A stretch of 64,000 nt of DNA from Oceanicaulis sp. (GTDB lineage Bacteria; Pseudomonadota; Alphaproteobacteria; Caulobacterales; Maricaulaceae): positions 26,456 through 90,455 of the forward strand of contig JAFIEB010000143.1 of NCBI GenBank assembly GCA_020832735.1. Reading direction: 5' to 3'. Positions 1 through 8,545 of the stretch are shown one piece after another (position 1 is the stretch's first letter; every line of letters begins with the position of its first letter). Under the pieces are notes generated by a model. That model was not told the origin of the DNA. It did not search any database and saw only the letters and a program-made list of their open reading frames with translations. Both the position numbers and the translations under genes were made by a program.

Positions 1-128
1 ATGATCACGGCATGGCTGGCGCGGGTGTCGAACGCGCTCTGGCGCGCCTCGGCGCCCGGCCCAAGTGCGGCGCAGGCCAGGATGAAAGCGATCAGGAAGG
101 CGGTCGGCTTGAGGGCGAATGCGGGCAT
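1..128 (-). CDS. probable D-alanyl-D-alanine carboxypeptidase (serine-type PBP) N-terminus, partial; continues beyond the window start
   Basis: A reverse-strand ATG at 126-128 opens MPAFALKPTAFLIAFILACAALGPGAEARQSAFDTRASHAVI. This is a signal peptide followed by a start typical of S11 DD-carboxypeptidases. The frame is open to position 1 and lies downstream of rlpA. Only ~42 codons are visible. Confidence 0.4.
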   Translation of the reverse strand, partial: MPAFALKPTAFLIAFILACAALGPGAEARQSAFDTRASHAVI

Positions 129-213
129 GGCGCGGCATGTCTCCAGCGGCGGCGTCAGGGGGTGACAGAGTAACCGCCCCTGCCCGCGCCTGAAAGGCTG
201 CCTGCCAGCAGTT

Positions 214-849
214 CTAGCGCTGAGCCGCCGTGCGCGCGCCCGGCCCGCGCACAATGCGCGAGACGGCGGCGCGGTCGTGCGCGTCGGCAGGCCCCAGCGC
301 CTCGATTCGCACCTCGGCCAGACCCTCATCAACAAAGTCCAGCGCCTCGGCGGCCGCGCGGCTGAGATCGATAACGCGGCCCTCTATATAGGGCCCGCGA
401 TCATTGACCCGCACGATCACGCTGGCGCCGGTGTCCAGGCGGGTCACGCGCGCCAGGCTCGGCAAGTCCATGGTGAGATGGGCGGCGGTCAGCGCATGCT
501 TGTCGAAAATCTCGCCATTGGCGGTGAGCCGGCCGTGGAACCGCGCCCCGTACCAGGAGGCGGTCCCCTCCTCCGTCGCCTGGACCGGCAGGCGGGCGCC
601 GTTAACCTCGACAAGGGCGGGTGGCGGCGAGGGCGTCCACACGTGTTGCGATGCTGGTGATTCAGCAGATCCGATGGCTGCGCCGCCGCCATCAGCCGCC
701 TGCGGCGACGCACAGGCTTGAAGGCAGGCAAGAGCGGCCAGAAGCGCCTGTGCGGCTGTGTATCTCGATTGCAAATACAATGGCCAATAAACTCCCGCTG
801 GCGTGAGCGCGCGACAGCCTAGCGGGCGCGCGCACCGGCGCAAGTCCAT
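214..849 (-). CDS. rlpA: septal ring lytic transglycosylase RlpA family (DPBB domain) lipoprotein
   Basis: The ORF contains SWYGARFHGRLTANGEIFDKHALTAAHLTMDLPSLARVTRLDTGASVIVRVNDRGPYIEGRVIDLSRAAAEAL, the RlpA double-psi beta-barrel signature. A lipobox-like LAALAC/LQAC lies near the N-terminus. The exact start is uncertain; an internal TTG is possible. Confidence 0.85.
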   Translation of the reverse strand: MDLRRCARPLGCRALTPAGVYWPLYLQSRYTAAQALLAALACLQACASPQAADGGGAAIGSAESPASQHVWTPSPPPALVEVNGARLPVQATEEGTASWYGARFHGRLTANGEIFDKHALTAAHLTMDLPSLARVTRLDTGASVIVRVNDRGPYIEGRVIDLSRAAAEALDFVDEGLAEVRIEALGPADAHDRAAVSRIVRGPGARTAAQR

Positions 850-892
850 CCATCTTGCACACCCCCCGCCCCGCCGCTAAACCGGACCCGCC

Positions 893-982
<90 letters not shown>

Positions 983-1045
983 TTTATTGCTTGTTCAAGC
1001 TGCCGCGGCCTTTAAAATCCAAACGAGTTTTTTGGGGGGGGCACG

Positions 1046-2260
1046 ATGATGTTTCGACGACTGGCCGTATGCTTGGTGTTTCTGCTCGCTCCAATGACGG
1101 CGCAGCCACAGGATTCTCCAATTACGGCGCGGCCACAGGATGGAGCAGCACGTGCTGAATGGTTGAGCCAAGCCTGCGAGCGAGGCGATGCGCGCGGCTG
1201 CTTCTTTCTGGGCCTGAACTATGCAGAAGGCCAGGGCGTTCAGGTGGATTATGCCCGCGCCGCCCAGGCATTTCGCCAAGCCTGCGAGCGAGGCGATGCG
1301 CGCGGCTGCGCCTTTCTGGGTAGTATTTATGTGGAGGAGGAGGACTTCACCCGCGCTGCCCAAGTTTTCCATCAAGCTTGCGAGGGCGGGGAAACAGACG
1401 GGTGCATAGTGCTGGGCATGATGCACTCTGCCGGCGCAGGCGTCGGTCAGGACCATGCCCGCGCGGCGCAGCTTATCGGCCAGGCCTGCGAGCGCGGAAA
1501 TGAGGACGGCTGCCAGGAACTTGGCGACATGTATCGTCATGGACAGGGCGTGACGCAGGACCATGTCCGCGCGTCGCAGCTTTACCGCCAGGCCTGCGAG
1601 GGCGGCCATGAAATCAGCTGCGACCGCCTAGGTGACATGCACCATCACGGTATTGGCGTGACGCAAGACTATATCCGCGCGGCGCAGCTTTACCGCCAAG
1701 CCTGCGATAGCGGGCATGCGAGAGGCTGCTTCAAGTTCGCTATGGCATACGAGTACGGCACAGGCGTCCAGCAGAACCTTACCCGCGCAGTGCAGCTTTA
1801 CCGCCAAGCCTGCGAGGGCGGCAACATGAGCGCCTGCCGCACAATCGGCCTCATGTATCGTCATGGACAGAGCGTGACGCAGGACCATGCCCGCGCGGTG
1901 CAGTATCTCCGTCAAGCCTGCGAGGGCCGCGAGTGGATCAGCTGCAGCCATCTCGGTCAGATTTACCAGCGTGACCGGGGCGCGATTCAGGTCCTGGCGG
2001 CCGAGGCTTTCGGCCAAGCCTGCGACGGCCTGAGAGACGCCTGCACCGCTCTCGGCGTCATGTATCGGGACGGCCAGGGTGTCAGGCAGGATAACATCCG
2101 CGCTTATGCCCTGTTCAGCGCCGCCGCATCGCGAGGCGACGATACCGCCCGCTCAAACCTTGACAGTCTGGCCCGCAACATGTCGCCCCAGCAAATCGCA
2201 GAGGCGCAAGCCTTGGGGCGCCGGTGTGCTGAAACGAGCACAGTGGACTGCCTTCGGTAG
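1046..2260 (+). CDS. secreted Sel1-repeat protein, cysteine-paired (Hcp-like) repeats
   Basis: A signal peptide MMFRRLAVCLVFLLAPMTAQ is followed by about ten ~36-aa repeats of the form AAQLYRQACE.G...GC..LG.MY..G.GV.QD..RA. This is the SLR/Sel1 consensus with two Cys per repeat. Near-identical DNA blocks occur inside the gene, for example 1171-1201 and 1279-1309. Confidence 0.9.
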   Translation: MMFRRLAVCLVFLLAPMTAQPQDSPITARPQDGAARAEWLSQACERGDARGCFFLGLNYAEGQGVQVDYARAAQAFRQACERGDARGCAFLGSIYVEEEDFTRAAQVFHQACEGGETDGCIVLGMMHSAGAGVGQDHARAAQLIGQACERGNEDGCQELGDMYRHGQGVTQDHVRASQLYRQACEGGHEISCDRLGDMHHHGIGVTQDYIRAAQLYRQACDSGHARGCFKFAMAYEYGTGVQQNLTRAVQLYRQACEGGNMSACRTIGLMYRHGQSVTQDHARAVQYLRQACEGREWISCSHLGQIYQRDRGAIQVLAAEAFGQACDGLRDACTALGVMYRDGQGVRQDNIRAYALFSAAASRGDDTARSNLDSLARNMSPQQIAEAQALGRRCAETSTVDCLR

Positions 2261-2730
2261 AGACTAGCTTAACTGGCCCCCTGTTTGCCATCAGGGGCGG
2301 CAAGCGTAAGCGACAATGCCCAGCCCTGTTTCAGACAGGGCCGTTCCTGTCTCAGCCGGGCATCATCCTCTTTTCGCCCGAAGTGTGAGGGTTCAGGGGA
2401 CAGGGTGTTCAGCCGTACCCCGGTTTCGCCATCGGCAGAGGCGAAATGGAGCGCGCTTTGCGTCCAGCCGCGCGCATGGCCACCCGCGCCGCGCCGTACG
2501 GCGGCATGGCCATCGGTTTCAGGGCTCTGCTCAAAAACGCCTATGAGGACCGAACTCCTTTTTCGCCCCATCGTGCTTCGTAATGCCTATGGGGGTGGGC
2601 GTAATTTGGAAAGGGTCTTGGAATCCGCTGACGAGTCTTTCAGCTTCAAGGCGCCATCAGAAATGACGGCGCCGACACAGGGCGAAGCCCGGGCGCCAAG
2701 CCCTTTCGGGCTAAAGCCGTGCTTGAAGGG

Positions 2731-2802
<72 letters not shown>

Positions 2803-2917
2803 CCTGCCGTCGATTGCCCTCTTTAGTCCGATGTTGCCGCCAATCGCCGCATCATCACCAGGCGGTATAGTGAACTGCCGATCTTACGCTATACCCCGAT
2901 GTGCACCGGCTCGCCCG

Positions 2918-4150
2918 TCAGTCCGCCGTCGTTTCATAGTCGACAAAGCGTAACAGCACTTCGATGCACAGTGTGTCAGCATCCGCGGCCTTTTTGGCGC
3001 GCTCCATAAGGTAGTAGTCGAACGCCATCATCGATGTGGTTGTCGCGCCTCGCGCAGCTATCATTTCGGCGGCTTGCACGATGCGGAGCAACTCCGAAAT
3101 ATCGAGCAGATGGGCGAACCCGCCGGTCGCGCCCATGAAATCGCGCATGAACTCGATGCCATAGGCGGCGCGGTCTTCGACAAGTTCCAAATCAGGAATG
3201 AGAACGATAGCGTGGGCAGGCTTTTCCCGTTCGACTGACAGCGTATCGCCCTTCGGATTTGTCACCGGGACGCCCGACTTCAGCGCCCGTATGGCACCGC
3301 GCAACTGGGCGAAGGCTTTGCCAATGTGGGCTGAAACATCGCGCTTTAGCTTCGCCCTGTCGGGCAATCGTTCGCGTGTCAAAACCGCAAGCGCCTTGGA
3401 TTCAATCAACACCGCGCCGAACTCGTGGTTTAACAGTATATCGGTCAATTCCCGCGTTCCGTTGCCCTTCGGAATCTGTGGGCTGTGATGGCACCCGGAC
3501 GGATGAAGGTTGTCGGTCAACCAAACGCCAAGTTGCTCTTGCTGGTTGCCTTCGTCATCGTCGAATAGGTGAATGAGGCTGGATGAAGCGCTCGCCGTAA
3601 TGAAATGGCTGTGGACGGCGTTCCAATCGGACTTTCCGCCAACCTCCAAGACCAACCATTCGTCGTTGCTCACACCGAATTGGTGAAGGCGGTCTATCAT
3701 CGGCTCAACGGTCGCCTTCATTGCCGCATGGTCAACCCGGCCAAGCGCCGCACTATCGGCCCACGTTGGTAAGCGATCCAAACCGTCCGATGCAGGTAGA
3801 TTGTTCCAAGCGACGTTCACCGCAAGTTCGTTGAATAGAAATGCCACAAGTGGTTCGCCGCGCGCCAAGCCGCGAATGCCGTTCAATTCTTCTTCGCGCT
3901 CTGCAACCGACCAAAGAATGCCGCCATCGTCGCCGTCGTCACAAACCTTCAAAGCATAAAGCAAGCGCCCGTCACACATGGCGAACGCAAGCTGCATCCG
4001 CGTGCCCAGCGCGATGTATTTCAATAGGACTGTGCTCCCCTTGATAAGAAGGGTTGGTTCAAAACCGTCGCGGCCATGGGCGTAGTCGAAGCGGATTAGC
4101 TGCGGAACTGCCAGAAACTCGGAACGGTTGTGCGACGATAGCATATGCAT
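2918..4150 (-). CDS. hypothetical protein; C-terminal half carries a NERD / PD-(D/E)xK-like nuclease motif
   Basis: A 410-aa ORF sits in visibly lower-G+C DNA. The motif RELTDILLNHEFGAVLIESKAL (D-x13-E-S-K), followed by AHAIVLIPD, resembles the NERD / restriction-endonuclease-like core. I did not recognise the N-terminal ~225 aa as any family. Confidence 0.7.
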   Translation of the reverse strand: MHMLSSHNRSEFLAVPQLIRFDYAHGRDGFEPTLLIKGSTVLLKYIALGTRMQLAFAMCDGRLLYALKVCDDGDDGGILWSVAEREEELNGIRGLARGEPLVAFLFNELAVNVAWNNLPASDGLDRLPTWADSAALGRVDHAAMKATVEPMIDRLHQFGVSNDEWLVLEVGGKSDWNAVHSHFITASASSSLIHLFDDDEGNQQEQLGVWLTDNLHPSGCHHSPQIPKGNGTRELTDILLNHEFGAVLIESKALAVLTRERLPDRAKLKRDVSAHIGKAFAQLRGAIRALKSGVPVTNPKGDTLSVEREKPAHAIVLIPDLELVEDRAAYGIEFMRDFMGATGGFAHLLDISELLRIVQAAEMIAARGATTTSMMAFDYYLMERAKKAADADTLCIEVLLRFVDYETTAD

Positions 4151-4491
4151 CTGCCTATCATGCCCGATCGTAGCGAAAAGCGAATGGCACAGTTATTTGC
4201 TTCTGTTAAACATTGCCGCATCTGGCCTATTTGGGAGGGTCATGGAGGGCTATGGAGTAGACGTAGTTCTCCGTTTCGTCGTTCTCGGCCCGCCAAACGG
4301 CGGCGGGAACCGCCAATTACACGCAATAACCCGATTTATCTTGAAGACCGGGCGCGGCGGCAAGCAACCCCATTGCGGTCATGCATGCATCGCTTCCGGG
4401 ATCCGCTTCGGGCCCTGTACTGTCTTCAGGGTTCAGGGAACAATGGCGAATTGATACCTGACGGCGGCGCAGACCTGACAGTTGAGACCCC

Positions 4492-5025
4492 ATGAGCTCC
4501 AACAGCAACTGGATAGCGCTCCTTCGCGGCGTGAATGTGGGCGGCGGCAACAAAACGCCGATGGCCGAACTGCGCAAACTGTGCGCCGGATTGGGTTGGC
4601 GCGATGTGAAGAGCTACATCGCCAGTGGCAATCTGGTCTTCAGCGCCAATAACACGGCGAATGATCTGTCGAGCAGCCTGCGCGCGGCGATGGCCGAGCA
4701 GATGGGGGTCGATGTCCCCGTTCTCGTTCTGCCCGCCACAGCCGTTTCAAAGGTTCTCAAGGACTGTCCGTTCAACCCTGAAAAGGGAAACCTGTGTCAC
4801 GTTTTTTTCCTTTGGAACGAACCCGTTGTGGATTGGGACGCCTACGCCGCTCACCGCATGCCCGGTGAAGAACTCAAAGTGGATGGCCGGCGCGCATGGC
4901 TGCACACGCCCGAAGGTTTCGGGCAATCCAAGCTGGCTGAGAAACTGCCCAAGGTCATAACCGGAACAGAGATGACAGGGCGTAACCTCAACACCATCCG
5001 CAAACTGGTCGAGATGAGCGCCTGA
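4492..5025 (+). CDS. DUF1697 family protein
   Basis: The N-terminus WIALLRGVNVGGGNKTPMAELRKLCAGLGWRDVKSYIASGNLVF matches the DUF1697 signature (LLRGINVGG..M..L...G...V.TYI.SGN). Confidence 0.9.
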   Translation: MSSNSNWIALLRGVNVGGGNKTPMAELRKLCAGLGWRDVKSYIASGNLVFSANNTANDLSSSLRAAMAEQMGVDVPVLVLPATAVSKVLKDCPFNPEKGNLCHVFFLWNEPVVDWDAYAAHRMPGEELKVDGRRAWLHTPEGFGQSKLAEKLPKVITGTEMTGRNLNTIRKLVEMSA

Positions 5026-5131
5026 CCATACTCTGCTCACGCAGCGAACGTCCGGAAGGCGCGCTCAGCCGGCATTTCGTGGCGATCCATGGAACAACAG
5101 CCCCCGCTATTGCAGCCATTCGCGCCCGGAT

Positions 5132-5386
5132 TCAGACGCGCCGGATCAAGCCGATCACCAGGAGCAGGATCACTGCGCCGATGGTGGCGTGAATAATGGC
5201 GCCCACTATGCCGGCGCCAATGGCGAACCCCAGCTGGGGAAACAGGAAGCCTGCGATGAAGGCGCCGACGATGCCGATTACGATATTGCCCAGAATGCCA
5301 AAGCCATAGCCCTTGACGATCAGGCCGGCGAGCCAGCCGGCGGCGGCGCCGACCAGAAGTATGATGAGGAGGCTTTCAAGAGTCAT
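5132..5386 (-). CDS. GlsB/YeaQ/YmgE family stress-response membrane protein
   Basis: An internal ATG (cat at 5384-5386) with RBS GGAAGGA gives an 84-aa Gly-rich protein with transmembrane segments, MTLESLLIILLVGAAAGWLAGLIVKGYGFGILGNIVIGIVGAFIAG. The 69 upstream codons of the long ORF are not protein-like. Confidence 0.9.
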   Translation of the reverse strand: MTLESLLIILLVGAAAGWLAGLIVKGYGFGILGNIVIGIVGAFIAGFLFPQLGFAIGAGIVGAIIHATIGAVILLLVIGLIRRV

Positions 5387-5729
5387 ATTGGTTCCTTCCA
5401 AGTGCTGTGACGCCACACAATGACTTGCAGCGGCTTGACCCGAATGGGCCGAAGGCAAGCAACGCAGTCCCGTTCGGGCTGGCGGCGAATGATTAGATTG
5501 CGGGGGGTGCAATCCAGACCTTGGAACACCCTCGCCCCTCCGATCGGATCGATGAATTTTATACCATTTTGCAACAGCTATTGATAGCGCCAAAATTAAT
5601 GGGCGCGCTTCGCCATTGGATAATCACCTGAGCGCTTCCTCAAGACGACAGCTCACCCGGGCGGACCCGCAGCCAAGGCAAACCCCCGTTTCAGGACGCG
5701 CCGGAAGTAGCGGCGCGATCGTAAGCGCC

Positions 5730-6104
5730 TCAACGTCTTGCCGGCGCCTCGGTGCTGACGGCTGACAAGACCCAGATCTGGCGGCGGCTGGCGGGGTCGC
5801 TGCGCAGGCGCAGCTGCCAGCGGGCCGGACCGCCGGGATGGCGGACGCCGGCGCGCTGCGAGTTGTCGGCGTTGCGCACCTCGTAATAGCCCGCTTCCAG
5901 ATCACGGAACATGATCATGCCGCGCTGATCTGTAACGGTCCGACCGACGGCGTGGCCGGGCGGAATTTTCTCCACCACCACGTCAACACCCGGGATGGGA
6001 TCTTCCGCAAAGGCCTGAAGGCCTGAAGCGGCCCCGGTGACGACTATGCCGGCAAGGCCGGCCGCGAGCGTGAGTTTGATGGCCTCGCGCCTGGATTTCA
6101 TCAT
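5730..6104 (-). CDS. small secreted protein with carboxypeptidase-regulatory-like (Ig-like) fold motif, paralog 2
   Basis: It has a signal peptide MMKSRREAIKLTLAAGLAGIVV and RBS AGGGGAG. The motif is DPIPGVDVVVEKIPPG...TDQRGMIMFRDLEAGYYEV with a C-terminal RHPGGPARWQLRLR. It is a paralog of the upstream gene. Confidence 0.8.
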   Translation of the reverse strand: MMKSRREAIKLTLAAGLAGIVVTGAASGLQAFAEDPIPGVDVVVEKIPPGHAVGRTVTDQRGMIMFRDLEAGYYEVRNADNSQRAGVRHPGGPARWQLRLRSDPASRRQIWVLSAVSTEAPARR

Positions 6105-6136
6105 GGAATGCTCCCCTGCTTGTTTGATTGTTGCGC

Positions 6137-6502
6137 CTAGAGCGGGTCTGACTGATCAGCCAGGGTCCAGATCGGACGGCGCGAATCCCGGCGCTGGCGC
6201 AACTGCCATCTGGCCGGGCCGCCGCGGTGGCGGATGCCTGCGCGTACAGTGTTGTCCGGATCGCGCACCTCGTAATAGCCAGCGTCCAGATGGCGGAAAT
6301 ACAGCATGCCGCGCGCATCGGTGGGGCCGCTAAAAAACGCGTTACCGGGCGGAACTTTCTCAACGACCACGTCGATATGCGGGATCGGATCCTCAGCCGC
6401 CGCTTGCAGAGCGAAGGCCGCGTTGCCGGCTGCAAGAATGCCTGCAAAAGCAAGGCCCGCAGCGACGGCGGAGCTGATAAATACTCGTCTTGAAGTGTTC
6501 AT
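6137..6502 (-). CDS. small secreted protein with carboxypeptidase-regulatory-like (Ig-like) fold motif, paralog 1
   Basis: An internal ATG (cat at 6500-6502) follows RBS GGGGAGGA and opens MNTSRRVFISSAVAAGLAFAGILA. The motif is DPIPHIDVVVEKVPPG...TDARGMLYFRHLDAGYYEV...RHRGGPARWQLRQR. Confidence 0.8.
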   Translation of the reverse strand: MNTSRRVFISSAVAAGLAFAGILAAGNAAFALQAAAEDPIPHIDVVVEKVPPGNAFFSGPTDARGMLYFRHLDAGYYEVRDPDNTVRAGIRHRGGPARWQLRQRRDSRRPIWTLADQSDPL

Positions 6503-6692
6503 TCTGTCCTCCCCTGACCAAGAGGATAGCACAGTGCGCCTCAAGACATGACGCGAATATGAACGGCCTCGTTTTTGTGGGCCTTGAGCAGGCGGATGAC
6601 GCGCTTCAGGCAACGGCCCGCAAGGCGCCCATCAAGATGGGTATGGCGCTGTCCTGACAAGGCTGGTTGCACTGATCACCGTCCCTGCTGAC

Positions 6693-6802
6693 CTACCCCT
6701 CGTGCCGCGCCTTCAGCACTTTTCCTGCGTCGTTCAGGCTCAGCCCGCGCGCTTTGAGAAGCACCATGAGATGGAAAATCAGATCGGCGGCTTCGCCCAG
6801 CA
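6693..6802 (-). pseudogene. orphan fragment: last ~35 codons plus stop of a hisIE (hisE part) gene
   Basis: Positions 6692-6802 align with 8681-8791 (the 3' end of intact hisIE) at roughly nine matches in ten by hand alignment. The fragment translates in frame as [35 protein letters not shown], against ...[13 protein letters not shown] in the intact gene. Nothing upstream continues the gene. Confidence 0.8.
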
Positions 6803-6988
6803 AAGCGACCGCCCCGCAAGCTTGACGCTCACCACACGCTTACTCGATATCGATGACATGAAAGCCCGCTACGCCTCCGTTGGCAGGGCGGACGGAACGG
6901 ACAGTTTAAGGTTTCCGACTAACGAGAAGGTTGAATAAGATCGCGTATTGCGATCCCGGCATTTTCTGAACGCGAGGTTGATGAGTTT

Positions 6989-7558
6989 ATGAAGCACCGG
7001 CGTGCACATGCAGCATTTCTTACAGGCCCATCGGACCTTCTGGTGCTGATGTCCGCCCTGGGGGCGGATGATCCTGGAATGAGCAGCTGGTCGCTGGTGC
7101 TGATGAGCAGCAAAGGCAATATTTCTCCAGCAATGCTCGACGTTTGTGCTGTGATGGCCCCGGCAGCGGAGGTGCTCCAGGTCGATATCGACGATGCGGA
7201 TGCATGCGAAGCCCTGCTCGACCGGACGGGACGGCGCTTCACGTATGTCGCCATCTCCCACCTTCTTGGCGTCGGTGAGGAAGCATTGCTGTCCCAATTA
7301 CGATGGGATCAGCTGATTCTGAGTGAGAATGGGATTGCCACCCATGTCCTGCCTGATGGGCGTGCACGGCGCCTTGGCGCTGACGGCAGACCCGGCCATC
7401 GGCCCGACGCCGCGATCCTGCCGCTCGCCGGTTTGGCGGCGCTTGGCCTGCCCGCCTATCTGAACAGCGAGTCCCCGCCCCGGCTCATCGCCGTTGATGC
7501 ACGCGCCTACCGGAGACTGCACGCACGCCTTCAGGCAGCTTTCGATCTTGCCGATTAA
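6989..7558 (+). CDS. hypothetical protein (island cargo)
   Basis: This is the only protein-like frame in the segment. I recognised no motif. G+C is lower than in the core genes and the start codon is uncertain. Confidence 0.35.
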   Translation: MKHRRAHAAFLTGPSDLLVLMSALGADDPGMSSWSLVLMSSKGNISPAMLDVCAVMAPAAEVLQVDIDDADACEALLDRTGRRFTYVAISHLLGVGEEALLSQLRWDQLILSENGIATHVLPDGRARRLGADGRPGHRPDAAILPLAGLAALGLPAYLNSESPPRLIAVDARAYRRLHARLQAAFDLAD

Positions 7559-7984
7559 GCCCGGCAAATCAAGAACAGCCACAGCTGCGCCTTCGTTGCG
7601 GGAACCTCCCTGAGCCGGACAGGCGTTGTCAGTGCAGAGGACGAAGCACAGGCGTATTGGAAGTGCCTGGACACACTGCTTCAACGTCCCTCGCCGCCGC
7701 TAATCATCTGGAAGCCGCATCCGCGACTGAGGCTCGACATGGCGCTGCCCTCTGGACCTCTTGCGGTCGAGCCGCGCCCCTTGCCGATCGAACTCTTGCT
7801 GCCATTCGATCACCCCGCTTGCGAGATGTATTCCACAGCGTCCTCCAGCCTGCTGCTGGGCCATTTGTGGCATGGCGCCACGCCGCGTCTGATTGATCTG
7901 GAGATGGACACAAGGCGTCTTCCTCATGTCGAGGCAGTCCGGAATCTGGTCTCCCAGCTGGTTTAGAGTGACTACCATCAACCG

Positions 7985-8545
7985 CTACGGGCGCTTATAT
8001 CCCAGCAATTCGAAATCCTGATCGAAGTACGCCACCGCCCGATCCAGGGTTTTTCCATTGAGATGAGCCTTCCAGCCGCCATGGTCCGTTTTGCGCAGAT
8101 GCGGGACCGAGACTTGCGGCATGCCGACCCTGTCCAGGATCATGCGCAGATCATCCAGATAGGTTTCATACCTGCCCACATAGTCGGCATGCGATAGGCA
8201 GTTGAACGGGTGTGTTTGCGCAATGGTGTGATGGCGAATACGCTCGGCGAGCGTTTTACGGCGCTCGTCATAGATCACCGTTTCATCAACGACGATATCA
8301 AGAAAACTGTCTATCGAATTTCTGAAGTTGCGCATTTGGCTAAAATCGGCCCAGGCGGAGACAAGCCGGTCGAGCGGGTGACGGACGAAAGCAAATTTGA
8401 AATAACCTCGCCAATCATCGGGCATCTCGCCGAAAACCGGCCCTTCATATCGCGAAGCCCAGAGCCCGTGGCGAATTGAGGAACCGCCGGTTTTGGGAAT
8501 GTGAATCAAGACGCAGTCGGGATCGCGGAGCAAGAAATTCGACAT
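7985..8545 (-). CDS. sulfotransferase family protein
   Basis: An internal ATG (cat at 8543-8545) opens MSNFLLRDPDCVLIHIPKTGGSSIRHGLW. That is the PAPS 5'-phosphosulfate-binding loop (IPKTGG[ST]S). A downstream motif is FAFVRHPLDRLVSAW (RHP..R..S). G+C is visibly lower. Confidence 0.75.
   Translation of the reverse strand: MSNFLLRDPDCVLIHIPKTGGSSIRHGLWASRYEGPVFGEMPDDWRGYFKFAFVRHPLDRLVSAWADFSQMRNFRNSIDSFLDIVVDETVIYDERRKTLAERIRHHTIAQTHPFNCLSHADYVGRYETYLDDLRMILDRVGMPQVSVPHLRKTDHGGWKAHLNGKTLDRAVAYFDQDFELLGYKRP

Noticed and set aside
1171-2100. Regularly spaced, near-identical DNA repeats, considered as a CRISPR-like or tandem-repeat array.
   Set aside because: The periodicity is ~108 nt and in frame, corresponding to the 36-aa Sel1 protein repeats within one continuous ORF. 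There is no spacer/repeat structure and no cas genes.
2269-2571. A 100-aa minus-strand ORF inside the tRNA-linked islet. The stretch GWTQSALHFASADGETGV faintly resembles the C-terminal strand of VOC/glyoxalase-fold proteins.
   Set aside because: The resemblance is weak and too short to support a call. The rest of the product is low in complexity. At best it is a gene fragment, so it is not reported as a feature.
4242-4454. A 70-aa ORF (MEGYGVDVVLRFVVLGPPNGGG...) preceded by GGGAGGG, divergent from the NERD-like gene. It was considered as a possible small partner protein.
   Set aside because: The RBS-to-ATG spacing is only ~3 nt and the ORF has no recognisable motif. Its composition is not convincing. 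Without homologs or expression data it cannot be supported.
5387-5600. A general-stress (EcfG-type, GGAAC-N16-CGTT) promoter upstream of the GlsB gene, and a similar element near 60335.
   Set aside because: GGAAC occurs in both places, but without a CGTT at the required 16-17-nt spacing on the correct strand.
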